A stretch of DNA of 64,000 nt from Cyanophora paradoxa CCMP329 (GCA_004431415.1 QPMI01000430.1:6109-70108), one strand, 5' to 3'; numbered from the stretch's first letter, positions 39,753 through 51,339 are shown. The notes: a model not told the origin generated them from the sequence alone. Numbers and translations: made by a program.

Positions 39753-41309
39753 ATGCCTCAAAAGATCGTTTTAGCGTTGTCTGGTGGAGGTGCGCGTGGT
39801 ATCATCATAACAAGGTTACTAACAGAAATTGAAAATAGAACTGGTAGACGTATAATAAATCTTGTCGATCTTGTAAGCGGAACATCCACAGGTGGTATAA
39901 TTGCTATTGGGTTAAACATCAGACATCCTGAGATGCCCTATGAACCGAAACTAACCGCTAACGATTTGCATAATATATATCTAACACAACTACCGTTAAT
40001 TTTTGCGAATCCGCGAAATATCATTGAAAATGCCCTTTTCAATACAAAATACGATGCTACACCACTGGAAAGTGCGATTTATTCAGTAACTGGTGAATCA
40101 CTCATAAGAGATTCTCTAAAAGACATTGTGATTACATCTTTTGATACTCAATATATGAAACCAATATTTATAACAAACGATAACAAATACAATTTTTTGC
40201 CGAATAAAATAGTAGCGCGTGCTACATCTGCTGCTCCAACATACTTTTCACCTGTTAGCATTGTAGATTTCAATAATGGCGTAATTGCTTCTCTGATTGA
40301 TGGCGCAATTTCAGGAAACAATAACCCAAGTGTATGCGGTTATAGTCATGCAAAAAAGATTTATAATGAAGATGATGAAATTATAGTTATAAGTATATCT
40401 TGTGGTGAGGTTGATGCAAATTTAGAATCTGAATATTTCGGATATGCTTATGAGACTGTGAATAGCTGGGGTATTCTTTCATGGATTGCTTCAACAGAAG
40501 GAAGCCCATTAATTAATATGCTAATGGCTGCAAGCGAACTATCCGCTCTTGATAAAATGGAAGAATTACTACCTCCAAATCTTGACCAAGGATATAATAG
40601 ATATTTCCGTCTTTCTGTTCCGCTTCCAAATGATATAGTTCGATCACTTGATGATACATCTAAGATACCTGAAATGCTCGCATTCACTGAAACGTATATT
40701 GCTGCAAATGACGCTATGATAAATAGACTCTGTGATTTACTTGTAACAAATTATGAGATTAATAACCCTGTCAGATCGTATATATCTTCCACTCTTAATA
40801 ACATACCTCCCATTGACGCTAATTGGTATCTTCTGTCAGATAATGCGTTTTCTGCTTCGTCTGCGAAATTCGGAAAAGAGGCATTTAAAGCCCGCCCATC
40901 ATTAACAGGATGGGAAGCGAACGCATCCGCCATAAACGGAGTATGGGAAACGCCAACTGAATATTTGCAAATTGCTTTTCCATATACATATGAAATCGCT
41001 TCTATAATTGCTTATGGTTCAGGTATAACAACTGCGTTTATTAAAACTTTCAATGTTGCGACATCGCAAGATGGTTTAACATGGTCCTTCATCAAATCTG
41101 ATGGTGTAAATAGAATCTTTGTATGTGAAAATATAAATAATGCTAATAACTCTGGGGATGTATCATATAACGGGGGCTTTCCGCTTGCAATAAACGATGT
41201 TTTCTATATAGGTTTCCCACTGAGAACAAGATATATACGAATATATCCGTTGGTATATATAAATGCTCCGACCATGAGAGTCGATGTGACGGGCGCATTT
41301 ATACGGTAG
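39753..41309 (+). CDS. Patatin-like phospholipase fused to a discoidin (F5/8 type C) domain
   Basis: LSGGGARG oxyanion motif, GTSTG nucleophile, ATSAAPTYF and DGA. C-terminal EYLQI..F.V..SQDG..W..TRYIRIYP..MRVD. Confidence 0.9.
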   Translation: MPQKIVLALSGGGARGIIITRLLTEIENRTGRRIINLVDLVSGTSTGGIIAIGLNIRHPEMPYEPKLTANDLHNIYLTQLPLIFANPRNIIENALFNTKYDATPLESAIYSVTGESLIRDSLKDIVITSFDTQYMKPIFITNDNKYNFLPNKIVARATSAAPTYFSPVSIVDFNNGVIASLIDGAISGNNNPSVCGYSHAKKIYNEDDEIIVISISCGEVDANLESEYFGYAYETVNSWGILSWIASTEGSPLINMLMAASELSALDKMEELLPPNLDQGYNRYFRLSVPLPNDIVRSLDDTSKIPEMLAFTETYIAANDAMINRLCDLLVTNYEINNPVRSYISSTLNNIPPIDANWYLLSDNAFSASSAKFGKEAFKARPSLTGWEANASAINGVWETPTEYLQIAFPYTYEIASIIAYGSGITTAFIKTFNVATSQDGLTWSFIKSDGVNRIFVCENINNANNSGDVSYNGGFPLAINDVFYIGFPLRTRYIRIYPLVYINAPTMRVDVTGAFIR

Positions 41310-41505
41310 AAAAAAGAGGGAATTTTTTCCGATTTTTTGATTATATATATGTATATGTATATATAATAATATTATTTAATATTATTTATTATTTTTCCAA
41401 ACATTTTTTTCTTGGTCAACCGGCAATACGGAGGTTTCGGTATATATAGTATATATATTTCGTGACGTCACGTGTATATATACGGTATATATGTCGGAGG
41501 TTTAG

Positions 41506-41692
41506 AGGGGGGAATGAGTATCGTTATTAAAGGGGGGGAATGAGTATCGTTATTAAGGGGGGAATGAGTATCGTTATGGGGGGAATGAGTATCGTTATTG
41601 GGGGGAATGAGTATCGTTATTATCGTTATTATCGTTATCATCGTTATTATCGTTATCTTATCGTTATCATCGTTCTTATCGTTATCTTATCT
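41506..41692 (+). repeat. Intergenic tandem array ggggaatgagtatcgttat (5 copies) decaying into (atcgtt-att/atc)n
   Basis: Directly visible between the convergent patatin and integrase genes. Confidence 0.9.
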
Positions 41693-41827
41693 TTTTCATC
41701 GAAATTCCGGGAAAGTTCGCGAAATTCCAAGAAAATCATACAAACTGCTGTAACTCTTCACCAACTCATCAACTATTAAAACCGCGACCATCACCGGAAT
41801 CCTCTTTGCATCCTCTACACATCTATG

Positions 41828-43228
41828 CTACTTTCGCGAACCGGATCTTAGATTTACCCGGGTTTGAGGTGCTGAATATGTCTCTTTTGAGGTCTGGAAG
41901 TCTGTATACCATCTCTGACTGTTGACTTCTGATAGTTTCTGGGTTCCTGCTATGGTTAACTTCTTTAATTCACGCTCCGCCTTCGCTTTCTTCTTTGTTC
42001 TGGCTTGTGTTAACGGTTCTTCTGGGACGTCATCCGCTTTTTCGATGCCTTCCTTACGAATCGCCGAATCGACCCGGGCTTCTTCTTTCGCTTGTTCAAG
42101 TGCATCCACTGTGGGCGCTTCGTGATACTCAACACCTTTGATAGGTAACAGTTCGTGGAAAGCGAATCTCCCTTCGACCATTTCGCCGTTCGGATTTCGC
42201 AACCTGAACTTGAAACCCTCTCTCCCTTCGACAGTATAGACGATTCGCGACCAATTGACACCTTGTTTAGCGAATGGGTTCTTTTCTATTCTCACTCTCA
42301 CAAACATACCCTGTTTCACACCATCTAAGTAAGCCATTGACTTCTTGAACCTCTCATCTTCTAATCCGATAATCTCACGGTAATGATCTTCCGTCGTTTC
42401 TGCTGGTTTTCTCTTGGTTGCTGAGTGGATGGTATTATTATAGTTATACTCAATGTCTCCCAATACATCGAAGAATCGCGCTGTGTTGTTTGCTATGCAA
42501 TAGTTCGTGATCAATCGTTTGATCTGCTTGTTAAACGCTTCGATTCTACCTTGGCTTCGATGATCTGCGACATCGCTTATCTGATGGTCTATGAACTTCT
42601 TAGCAAGGTAATTCGTGAACATGTTATTTGTGAACTCGCTTCCGCTGTCACTCTGAACGCGTGCGATAGGTCGAGGAACTCTTCGTTGTAGCTGTTCAAA
42701 CGCCGCAAGCGCCGTAAGAGCGCTCTTATCTCTCATCGGAATGATGTAACCCGTGCGTAAGGTAGATTCCATCGCGGACATGAACGTATCGTATCCGTCG
42801 TTTTGGTTCTTGTATGCTGGGAAGAAGAGCAGATCGATTACGTAGGTATCGAGAGGTTGCCGAATCGGAATCATCGGATCTCTCTTTCTTGAAAGGGTCG
42901 GTGCGTTTATCTGAACGACTTCCTGTTTATCATACCATTCTCTCATCTTCTTGTAGTCTTCCTCTGGTAGTTCCTTTCTCATTGCCCCGAAACCTTTGTA
43001 ACCTGTGCGCGGATCGTAAAACTTCTTCGCGATCTTCGATTCTTTCGTTGCAGTCTCAGTAGGTAATGCCTCCGGGATCAGTTCTTTAACCATCTCAGAC
43101 TTCTTCAAGATTCGCGTGTTCTTCTCTTCGACCGGAATAGTGATCGGTAGCATGTTCCCTTGGTCTTCTTTCATGCTCTTCTTTACAATTTTAGGGACTG
43201 GTCGCAATCCTATCTGTGCTGAGGGCAT
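41828..43228 (-). CDS. Retroviral-type (rve, DDE) integrase
   Basis: YVIDL, VQSDSGSEF and GRIEAFNKQIK catalytic D-D-E, plus YNNTIHSAT. Intact ORF, consistent with the 6-bp TSD. Confidence 0.93.
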   Translation of the reverse strand: MPSAQIGLRPVPKIVKKSMKEDQGNMLPITIPVEEKNTRILKKSEMVKELIPEALPTETATKESKIAKKFYDPRTGYKGFGAMRKELPEEDYKKMREWYDKQEVVQINAPTLSRKRDPMIPIRQPLDTYVIDLLFFPAYKNQNDGYDTFMSAMESTLRTGYIIPMRDKSALTALAAFEQLQRRVPRPIARVQSDSGSEFTNNMFTNYLAKKFIDHQISDVADHRSQGRIEAFNKQIKRLITNYCIANNTARFFDVLGDIEYNYNNTIHSATKRKPAETTEDHYREIIGLEDERFKKSMAYLDGVKQGMFVRVRIEKNPFAKQGVNWSRIVYTVEGREGFKFRLRNPNGEMVEGRFAFHELLPIKGVEYHEAPTVDALEQAKEEARVDSAIRKEGIEKADDVPEEPLTQARTKKKAKAERELKKLTIAGTQKLSEVNSQRWYTDFQTSKETYSAPQTRVNLRSGSRK

Positions 43229-43413
43229 CTTTACTTTATTTTCAATATATTAATAATGGACGAGCCGGTTTGGACAGAACACCCAAAACCAAACTACTTT
43301 GCGATCGATCCAAACGACCCCGGTTTAAGGTGCATATGGTTGCTGCATCTGATCCGTGGTTTACTGCTACTTGGAGATCGAAAAAATAAAAAGAGAAGTA
43401 TTGAGCAAGTATA

Positions 43414-46400
43414 TTAAAGACCAAATGGAATGCTGTGAATGCCGTCGGCTGATATCTTCCGTTTGCTATCGAGTTGGTTTAGAGCGACCCTTCTGCTCTC
43501 CAAGTCATATAAGTTGTGGTCTTGCCTTCGCTTGTTTGTTACTGATACTGTTTTTATGATGCCTTCGAACAGACATCTCTTAAAATCATCAAAATGAACC
43601 TCTTTCGAGGAAGTCCCCGACATCTTTACTCTTTCGTTGGTCTCAGTTCTGAAAGCATAGAGTTTCGATCTCAGACCCACATACTCCATGATCTTTGCAT
43701 TTGGGAACTCATTTTTATATTTACCTGGAACCATGCGGTTTTTGATACTCACGAGAGGATGGGATTTATCGTAATTGCTCCTATCGAGATACTCACCTAT
43801 CTCTTTCATATCTTCGTTCAGATTATTGGTTTTCAGGAAAAGACAGAACGAATCGGTATCGTGGAACAGTAATTTAGCGGTTTCCCACTTCCTCCTTACC
43901 ACATCGTAGAAGAACCGATAATTATGCAGCTTCGCGAAATCCAAAACGAAAGCGCCAATTGCTACGGGTTTATCTAAGTTAACATGCTTCGAATACATCT
44001 CAAAGGCAACTGCGTTTTCGTTTAATACATTGGTCGCCTTGATAAGCGGACTTGCTGCGTATTTCTTACAGAGTTTCTCACTGTTAGCGATCTTGACAGT
44101 TGAGCGACCCCTGCAAGATTCCAAACATTTACCGTAAATTGCATTGTTCATGAGTTTAAAGAAGTCGCTTTCGAAATGGTTAGTAGATTCATGCCTGAGA
44201 AGAGTATTCAGACCAATGTAAGACTTCATGAATGGGGAAGTAGCGAAAGAGAGAACCTTATTTATTTTCTTGATTTCAACACCCTTCTTAACGATGTAAT
44301 TAAGAAGAGGTCGAGCAATCACGTATTTATTCTTGGGTGTAAATGTCGCTGTAAGTTTGGGGTCTTTGCTGATCTTTTCGCCCGTCAGATCTAATAGTTT
44401 CTGTTGATAATCACCAAGCATCTCATTGGTGATCACTTCTTTATTCACAATCAGTGGGAAATCATAATGTTCTTCAAGCGATGTGGGGTATTCAAGGTCA
44501 ACTTCAATAAATGCGCTTCGACCCTCTACCTCTTTAAGTGCCTCTGTGACATCTTCCCATCGATAATCTCCGATAGGTAGTGGTTGGCTGAGAGCATACC
44601 CATAAAGATTATTTGCATCCAACAGAACTATATGATCGTCAGCATTCTCTACCTTTGCGTATCGTGTGGGCATGGTAGCAAATCCACCTCTAATGGCTCT
44701 CTCAACAAATTCGTATTTCTCTACATCATCGATAAGTTCAATCTTAACTTTCGTATGTTTGAGCATAGCGTCCCAAGAGAGACCTGGTGCGCTAACATAA
44801 TGTGCGGGATCCAATCCATATTGAGAAAACGCCAATTTGCGGAATGCTTCAAACTTTCTCATTAAATCGCCCACATCCACAGATTGGAAATCCATGAAAT
44901 GGGAAGCATCAATGAACTTCCACATGCCCATTGAAGCGATAGGTATTGATCGAAATTCTTGCTCAGAATCTCAACACGAAGTTTATCGTCTTGCTGTGCA
45001 ATCTTGCGGAATATTCCGTGTCCGCATTCATCCATGTGATCCACCACGATAGCTACTTTGGTTTGCTTCGAAATTCGCCGGTGGAGGTTACAGTTTCGGC
45101 ATGCCTTTCCGATGAAATCGCCGGATTGGTGGCAATGATCTCGAACCGGGAAGTTTTCGTGGGTGAATCTCTGAGAGCAAATGTAACAGTGTTTTGTTAC
45201 CTTGTATTCCGCCTTCTGATCATCTGTGAGTGGATGCATCGGAATATTTCTAAATAGCGTCTCAACGATTTCGGGTCTGATATCTTGGAGAGTTACAAAG
45301 AGAGAACCGAGCGGATCGATTCCCTCGAAATGGTATGCTCTCACTTCGTCTCCCATTACCACTCGCAATGAAACCGCTTTAATCTCACGTTTACTCCTCT
45401 GAGCATCAATAGCGACCGAATGATCTTCGACTTTAACGTAACAGATCACAGGGAGCCACACAGTTTTACGCAAGTGTTGCAGACCGAATTCAATTACGCT
45501 TCCCGCTTTTGGGCATTTGCCTTTGCTCTCCCTCCAATCAATGCAGCGATTCGCTTCAACATGCATGTCTAATTTCTCCTGAGTTCTGAAACGCGACAAG
45601 CAGGTTTCACAGTAGTAAATGCGACCATCACATGCTTTATCAAACGTAGTTTTCAGAAGACGACTAAAAGACATGATAGTAATGTAGTGTCCCCGATCAT
45701 CTTCGGTGTTTTCGATAAGTAAAAGATTAATCTTGGTCTTTCTTCTTGGGTTACTTGATTGATGGAGAGGATAGAAACACTCTTTGGCGTTATCGGCTCC
45801 GTAAATGTTAATAGAGAGTTCGGGGTTCAGTTCTTCGAATCGATCGATTACCTCAGCATCACAGGCAACGGGAAACTGAATACCATCGAAATTGAGTTCA
45901 TTTAACCATCGGCGGTATTGGCTCGGTTCGTTACTCTTGTGTTTATTGATGTCCTTTCGATGCAGGTAAGCCAAAATCGCATACTTGAAGCAATCTTGCC
46001 CGTCGATATTCTTAACATTCACCGTCGCTTTCTTGGATGCGATCCATTCGGGAGTTGCGAAATAGCATCCTCCCACAGGTGCATAAGACATGATAATGCC
46101 TCTAAGTATTTCGATCTTCTCTAAACGGTAACTATCCACTTGCGTCATCTCCTCTTGCATTTTCTGTAACGCTTTGCGAACTTCTGTGTCTATGTTGCGG
46201 GATCGGGTAATTACGAAATAATCGCTGTAAATGAATTTGGTGATATAGATGCGCGGATTACCTACTTTGGTGAATTTGCAAACGAAAGTAAGACGGACTT
46301 TAACCGCTCTCAGTTGATCTAAGCGGGTTCTAATGCGTTGCGGTAGACTTGGTGCGATTCTTTCGAGGAATTCGATAGCATCCACGACAACTTCATTTCG

Positions 46401-46694
46401 GGCGCGATAGGTCAACCACGAATACGCTTGATTCATTGCTTGACCATCTTCAATGTCCGGGTCAATTGCTCCTAATCTCTGTCCTTCATCCATGAACTCC
46501 TCCATCCTCTGCATGCGATTGTAGAGGTCATTTGCAATCTCAGTGAGTTGTCCTAATCGCGGTCGTCTATCTAAGATGGCGGCTTCTCTATCGTATTCCG
46601 CTTCGGTGATCTCACCTGTAACTAAGAGAGTTCCTAACAATCCAAGTATTTCATTTTTCTTTTCTTTGATCAGTCTGTTCGTTTGGCGGGGCAT
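43414..46694 (-). CDS. polB: Protein-primed family B DNA polymerase, split by a 1-nt frameshift at ~44930
   Basis: Motifs DANNLYG, KLMNNAIYGK, HDTDS and GLRSKLYA. Polinton-type N-terminal N..DCFKYAI..GHY region and C..C..VRDHCH.SG..G.AC..CN Zn insert. Confidence 0.93.
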
Positions 46695-46715
46695 CTTTGC
46701 TATAAAGGAACATTT

Positions 46716-47024
46716 TTATTTTAGAGTTTGAACGCGTTTTGAAAGTTTATCTTGAAGTCGCTTTCGTGCATGGTTCACATCATGGCGACCCTGTCCCGCT
46801 CTCATTTCCTCGAAATCATTTGCGCACTGGTGGCCTCTTCCATTTTCGCAGTATCTATCTAATTTCTTTCTGAAATGCCTGGGCATCTGATCATATTTAC
46901 ATCCTCCTTTCTCCAAGATCAACCGAAGCACTTTTTTTCTTTGCTCTGCATCTGTCAGAACTGGATCAGATCCAAAGCATTCATGATTGAGTCGGGCGAA
47001 ATCTTCTTTTGAGAATGTGGTCAT
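46716..47024 (-). CDS. Hypothetical protein (102 aa)
   Basis: ATG ORF upstream of polB, preceded by an AAAAAATGAC motif. Confidence 0.55.
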   Translation of the reverse strand: MTTFSKEDFARLNHECFGSDPVLTDAEQRKKVLRLILEKGGCKYDQMPRHFRKKLDRYCENGRGHQCANDFEEMRAGQGRHDVNHARKRLQDKLSKRVQTLK

Positions 47025-47067
47025 TGTGGTGCTCTTGGATCACATCTCTGAAATCGCGTCATTTTTT

Positions 47068-47265
47068 GTAGGCGCTTGTAGGCAGTTAGGCACTTCTTAA
47101 TCGAGAATTAAAAAGAAGTCCCAAATATATCAACTTGTGTTTTTCAAAACGTTGATTTTATTTTTTATAGAGAGTTTCCAGAAAAGGTGCCTAAGTGCCT
47201 AACGTCAATTAAAAGTGCCTAACCTCAATTGAAAAGTGCCTACTTCAATTATTCAAGTGCCTACT
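47068..47265 (+). repeat. Internal third copy of the inner TIR segment (TAGGCAC/GTGCCTA motif block)
   Basis: Near-identical to ~29310-29490 (atcgagaattaaaaagaagtcccaaata...gtgcctaagtgcctaacgtcaattaaaagtgcctaac). Confidence 0.92.
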
Positions 47266-47328
47266 GTCCATTTCCAGTAAGGTATAAAAAAGAATGTATA
47301 TAGAAATCAGAATCATAACAGAAGTATT

Positions 47329-49718
47329 TTACTCATCATCATCATCAAACTCAACAACAGTAGGTGTCTTATCAATCTTCTTCACACCCTTGTAGCCACG
47401 ATCATAACCAGTTCCAACCTTCTTGCGAACTGCATTCTTGTCATATTTCGCTCCAAGCAAACCCATCACAGTTTTAATGCGATTTGCAGACATATTCAGT
47501 CTCAGTTGCTTGATCTCTTGCTCAACCATCTTGGAAGTTACAGAGTCGGATGAATTTCGAGTGAATTCGAACACTGATCTGATCAGAGACATTTCATCAC
47601 CTGCATCTTCCCGGAATTCATTAATATCCTCAGCAACCTTCCAGAAACCACGAATTTCTGAGATTTGTAGGCTTCAAACACCATCCATTCGAATGCTCTA
47701 ATTATCTCAGGACTTTTTAGCAGAACACTCTTGATATCTTCCGAAGCCAATCTCACACAAGGAGAGTTCATTTCCTCAACAGTCTTTTGATCAACGAATT
47801 TGTGGGGGTGCTTGAACAATACCATGGTTTGAAGGGTATCAGATGGGGAAATGGGTGGAACATCATTCATGATCATCCACAAACGACTTTGGAGGCGAAT
47901 ATTGACCTCATTTTCATATAGAACACGCATGCATTGAACATCACCACCAGATTCCTTCTTTTTGATCATTGCACCATTCACCTTAATATTTGTGTTTGAG
48001 ACATCGAATTTCATCTCTTGGGTGAATGTCAGACGACGAAATTCACAAGGTTTCATCCACTTTAACTTGGAGGTATCGTTGTCATCTGAGTTCTTATTCA
48101 GCAAGAATGCCTCCCCACTGATGGTGTGCACATATCCACTTCCCCAGGTATTTTCATTGAGATTCACATAAACCCCTTACCACAATTGCGTTCACCAATT
48201 GATAATCCCCACTGTTTATCTTCGTATTTCCCAGCCATTGCACGAGCTGTAAATTCCAGAGCAGAAGAAATCGAATCATTTCCGAAAACGGGTTCCAGAA
48301 TCTTGTCGAAAAGGGTTTGAATATCCGAATCAGATGGCTTGATCACATATCCATCTTTGTCAACAAGAAGATCCCTCTCGATTCGAGTGGTAGAATAGAT
48401 CTTGTCACATTTGTCCCATGGTGTGAGCTTCTTTGTCTCGAAATCATACACACCATTTCGGTAGCACAATTTTCCAATGGTCGATGACCACATAATATCA
48501 TTGTAGAACACACGATTATTGGGCAGAAATGCTTTGGCTGTCTTGATAATTCGATCTGCCCCAGTAAGATTGGTAGAATATGGCTTCAAGTTACCTTTGT
48601 CATCCTCCTTGAACATATAGCACTCCATGCACAATTTCAACATTATATTGTAGACCATTGTGGAATCATCAGTCCACAGAAAATCGTCTGTCTGAGCGAA
48701 TATACGACCATCAGACATGACCACTCGCCCTCAATCGATTTAACAAATGTGAGAGCAGCTTCACGATCATCCCGAACAATATTAAGAGGAGAGGATACAC
48801 TTTTTGAATTTGTTGGAATCGTAAATCCTTGATCCATTGGTTTAATCATCAACTCAATCTTGTAGCCAGTGACATTCTCAATATACTTGGTAGCATCACA
48901 GAGAATATTGTGGAGACGAGTTTCGGGTAATTCAGGGCTTTTTCAACCATGCAACCATCATAAACGAGAACGCCAACTTTTACAGCAAGTGAGGTTAAAT
49001 ACTGACAAAGCGCAATCAGACATTCATTCTCCAATTTGCAGAGAACCATATTAATGGTTGAACCAAAGATGTTATACTCCTTCTTTCGCTTGCAAATCAA
49101 GAAGAAGTTGTGGTTTTCGGGCATGCTTGCAATTTGAGCGTGAATTCCTGTGATTTCGTTCTTAACTGCTTTGAACTTGGGTGGTTCAGCAGTTCCTTGT
49201 TATCAATTGAGCCCCACCCCGTTTACAACAGAAAGAAACGCTTTCTTGATATCTTCGCGAGAAAGTCCCGATTTCTTGCTTATATCAGCAATGATACTAT
49301 CACGATTGTCGACATAATCAGTAAGACCCTCACAAACGATTTCATTTTTTTCACAATACTGAATGAGAAGTGTGGGATGCGCATTTTTCATATCGATATC
49401 GTAGTAGAAATCGCGAGCAAGAGTGTGGCGGAATTCTCTGGGCATTCCTTGCATTGATGCTTGCTTCTTCTTGATGTGTTCAAGATTCACGAAATAACGA
49501 CCAGTATTATGCTTGCATTGATGATATTTAACTTCAATGCGCCCATCTCGCTTCAAATCCTTGAAATAACGTTGGAGAAGGGTGAGAGTAGCAGTTGCAT
49601 CAATATCAGGTCGATACTCCAAAGTCTCGAAATTATCAATCAGGTATTTGAGAGTGGAGCGATCCACCTTCTCAAAGAGAGCGATTTTAAGTCCGTTCGG
49701 TTGCTGAGAGTTGAACAT
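47329..49718 (-). pseudogene. PolA-like primase-polymerase (TVpol-type) fused to an SF3/D5-like helicase, broken by multiple frameshifts
   Basis: GRY..SMQGMPREFR..YDIDMKNAHP (PolA motif A-like), LVYDG (motif C-like), Y.NGVYDF (D5-N) and GERNCGKG Walker A, spread over 6 ORF fragments. Confidence 0.8.
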
Positions 49719-49917
49719 CTTGGGCTCTTCTTATACTTAATGGAGAAAAGAGTTTCTCCGGATTCCTGTCATTTTTTGGCGGCTAACCTTTAAGTGCTTG
49801 ATATCTCCTCAATTACCAAAAACGGCAATCGGGAGATGGTTACGGATCTATCGAAGAATATCGATAGACCGCTCGAAAAATGAGTAATTGGGTTCAGCGG
49901 TCAAATGGGTGTTTTCC

Positions 49918-50154
49918 TTAATACTTTCGTGGACGTCCCCGCGACTTGTTTTCGATTCCCTCCCGCTCCTTACGACGATAATATGAAGCGAGCGATTGCG
50001 CCTTCTTATACTCCCGATAAACCGGGTCTTCGTTGTAAAGCGTTCGCTTCCTGAGAGCATCTCTCATCTTGTAATTGGCGCGGGTCTCCTCTTCTTCTTC
50101 GCCGAATTCGACAACGCTAATCATGTCTTCGGTTATATGAATTACAGTCGCCAT
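49918..50154 (-). CDS. Small basic DNA-binding protein with C-terminal AT-hook
   Basis: Ends in RGRPRKY. Confidence 0.6.
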   Translation of the reverse strand: MATVIHITEDMISVVEFGEEEEETRANYKMRDALRKRTLYNEDPVYREYKKAQSLASYYRRKEREGIENKSRGRPRKY

Positions 50155-50362
50155 GTTCCCCTTTATATGTAGTTGAGAAAATGTTTTACCACTCTGTATT
50201 ATGCGTTACGTCTTTAAGTAGTTTATGGTGTCATTTTTTGGTGACCAAAGCCAGTTGGTGTCTACGTTCTTCAATTGCAGATTTAACGGCGTAAATCTGT
50301 CGTTTCGATAGTATGATGGCGTAGATCTTTTCGTATGACATTTGATACCATAACCAAAGATA

Positions 50363-50617
50363 TTATTTATGATCGTTTTGCGCAAACGATCGGCGACGGA
50401 CAGTCTCTGTTTCTGTAACGGTGACTGTCTCAGTTGTTATCGAATCTTGTGATTGCCTTCGCCCTCCATCGCTTCCACCATCTGAGAAATCCATTTCGAA
50501 TTTCGTATCGCAGCAATCATTGTGACAATCGGTTATGCAATGCATCTCAAACATCTCAATGATCTTTTTCAGAAACTCCATTGATTCCCTCTTTAAACAA
50601 TATATAATTAAAGCCAA
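50363..50617 (-). CDS. Hypothetical Cys-containing protein
   Basis: ORF in the co-oriented gene run; the start may be the internal Met. Confidence 0.45.
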   Translation of the reverse strand: MALIIYCLKRESMEFLKKIIEMFEMHCITDCHNDCCDTKFEMDFSDGGSDGGRRQSQDSITTETVTVTETETVRRRSFAQNDHK

Positions 50618-51339
50618 ACTCTCCGCTTGTATGCTGTGGGAGCTACACCTTTGTCGACTTCCGCTTTGGTTGCGCCAGGTTCAACTGTTCCCTTTTGGGT
50701 CTTTGTCTTCAACTCATCTACCGCTTGTTCATCAATTTGAGTCTCCTTCTTACCAATAAACTGCTTATCGGGAAGACCGGTAATACCCATTCGGAATACT
50801 TCTTTGCGCAGCATTTCCTTGATTTTAGCGCGTTCTTTCTTCTCAGTTACATACTGTTCAAGAGCGCTTGATTTCGCTTCCAGATCCTTTAATTTAGCGG
50901 TCATCTCATCCCATTGCGCTTTCGGGATTCGGTGGATGTTTTGAGTTGGCGCAACCTTGTAAGTAACTTCACCAGCCATCGATTGAATTACCTTATCGGA
51001 TTCTTTGGAAACACCTTCACCCTTGCGAGCGAGTGAAAGATCTTTTAGACCAAGTTCACGATCATCGGCAGCACCGATAATCCGGCGCGCACCTTCACCG
51101 ACCGCCTTCATCTTCGAGACTTCCGGCGTAATGTTCAGTTGCTCACTTTGGGAGGTTTGCGGCGCTTTATCACCGGGCGCTTCTTCATACGCCGCATTTA
51201 AGGGGTCTTCTTCCTGTTGCGATGGTTTCACTTCGCTCATTCCGTTGAATTTCATGGGTGTAGTGTTGAGAGATCCGTGACTTTCACCGCCGGAATATGA
51301 CATAGCACCAGCGGGAACACCTCTACGTTTCGGCGGCAT
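50608..51339 (-). CDS. Hypothetical charged protein (possible core protein)
   Basis: 243-aa ORF with an MPPKRR basic N-terminus, downstream of the ATPase. Confidence 0.6.
   Translation of the reverse strand: MPPKRRGVPAGAMSYSGGESHGSLNTTPMKFNGMSEVKPSQQEEDPLNAAYEEAPGDKAPQTSQSEQLNITPEVSKMKAVGEGARRIIGAADDRELGLKDLSLARKGEGVSKESDKVIQSMAGEVTYKVAPTQNIHRIPKAQWDEMTAKLKDLEAKSSALEQYVTEKKERAKIKEMLRKEVFRMGITGLPDKQFIGKKETQIDEQAVDELKTKTQKGTVEPGATKAEVDKGVAPTAYKRRVWL

Noticed and set aside
44862-44945. Programmed ribosomal frameshift in polB (and in the fibre at ~37607)
   Set aside because: No X XXY YYZ slippery heptamer is visible; single-base loss (error or mutation) is simpler given similar indels across the window.
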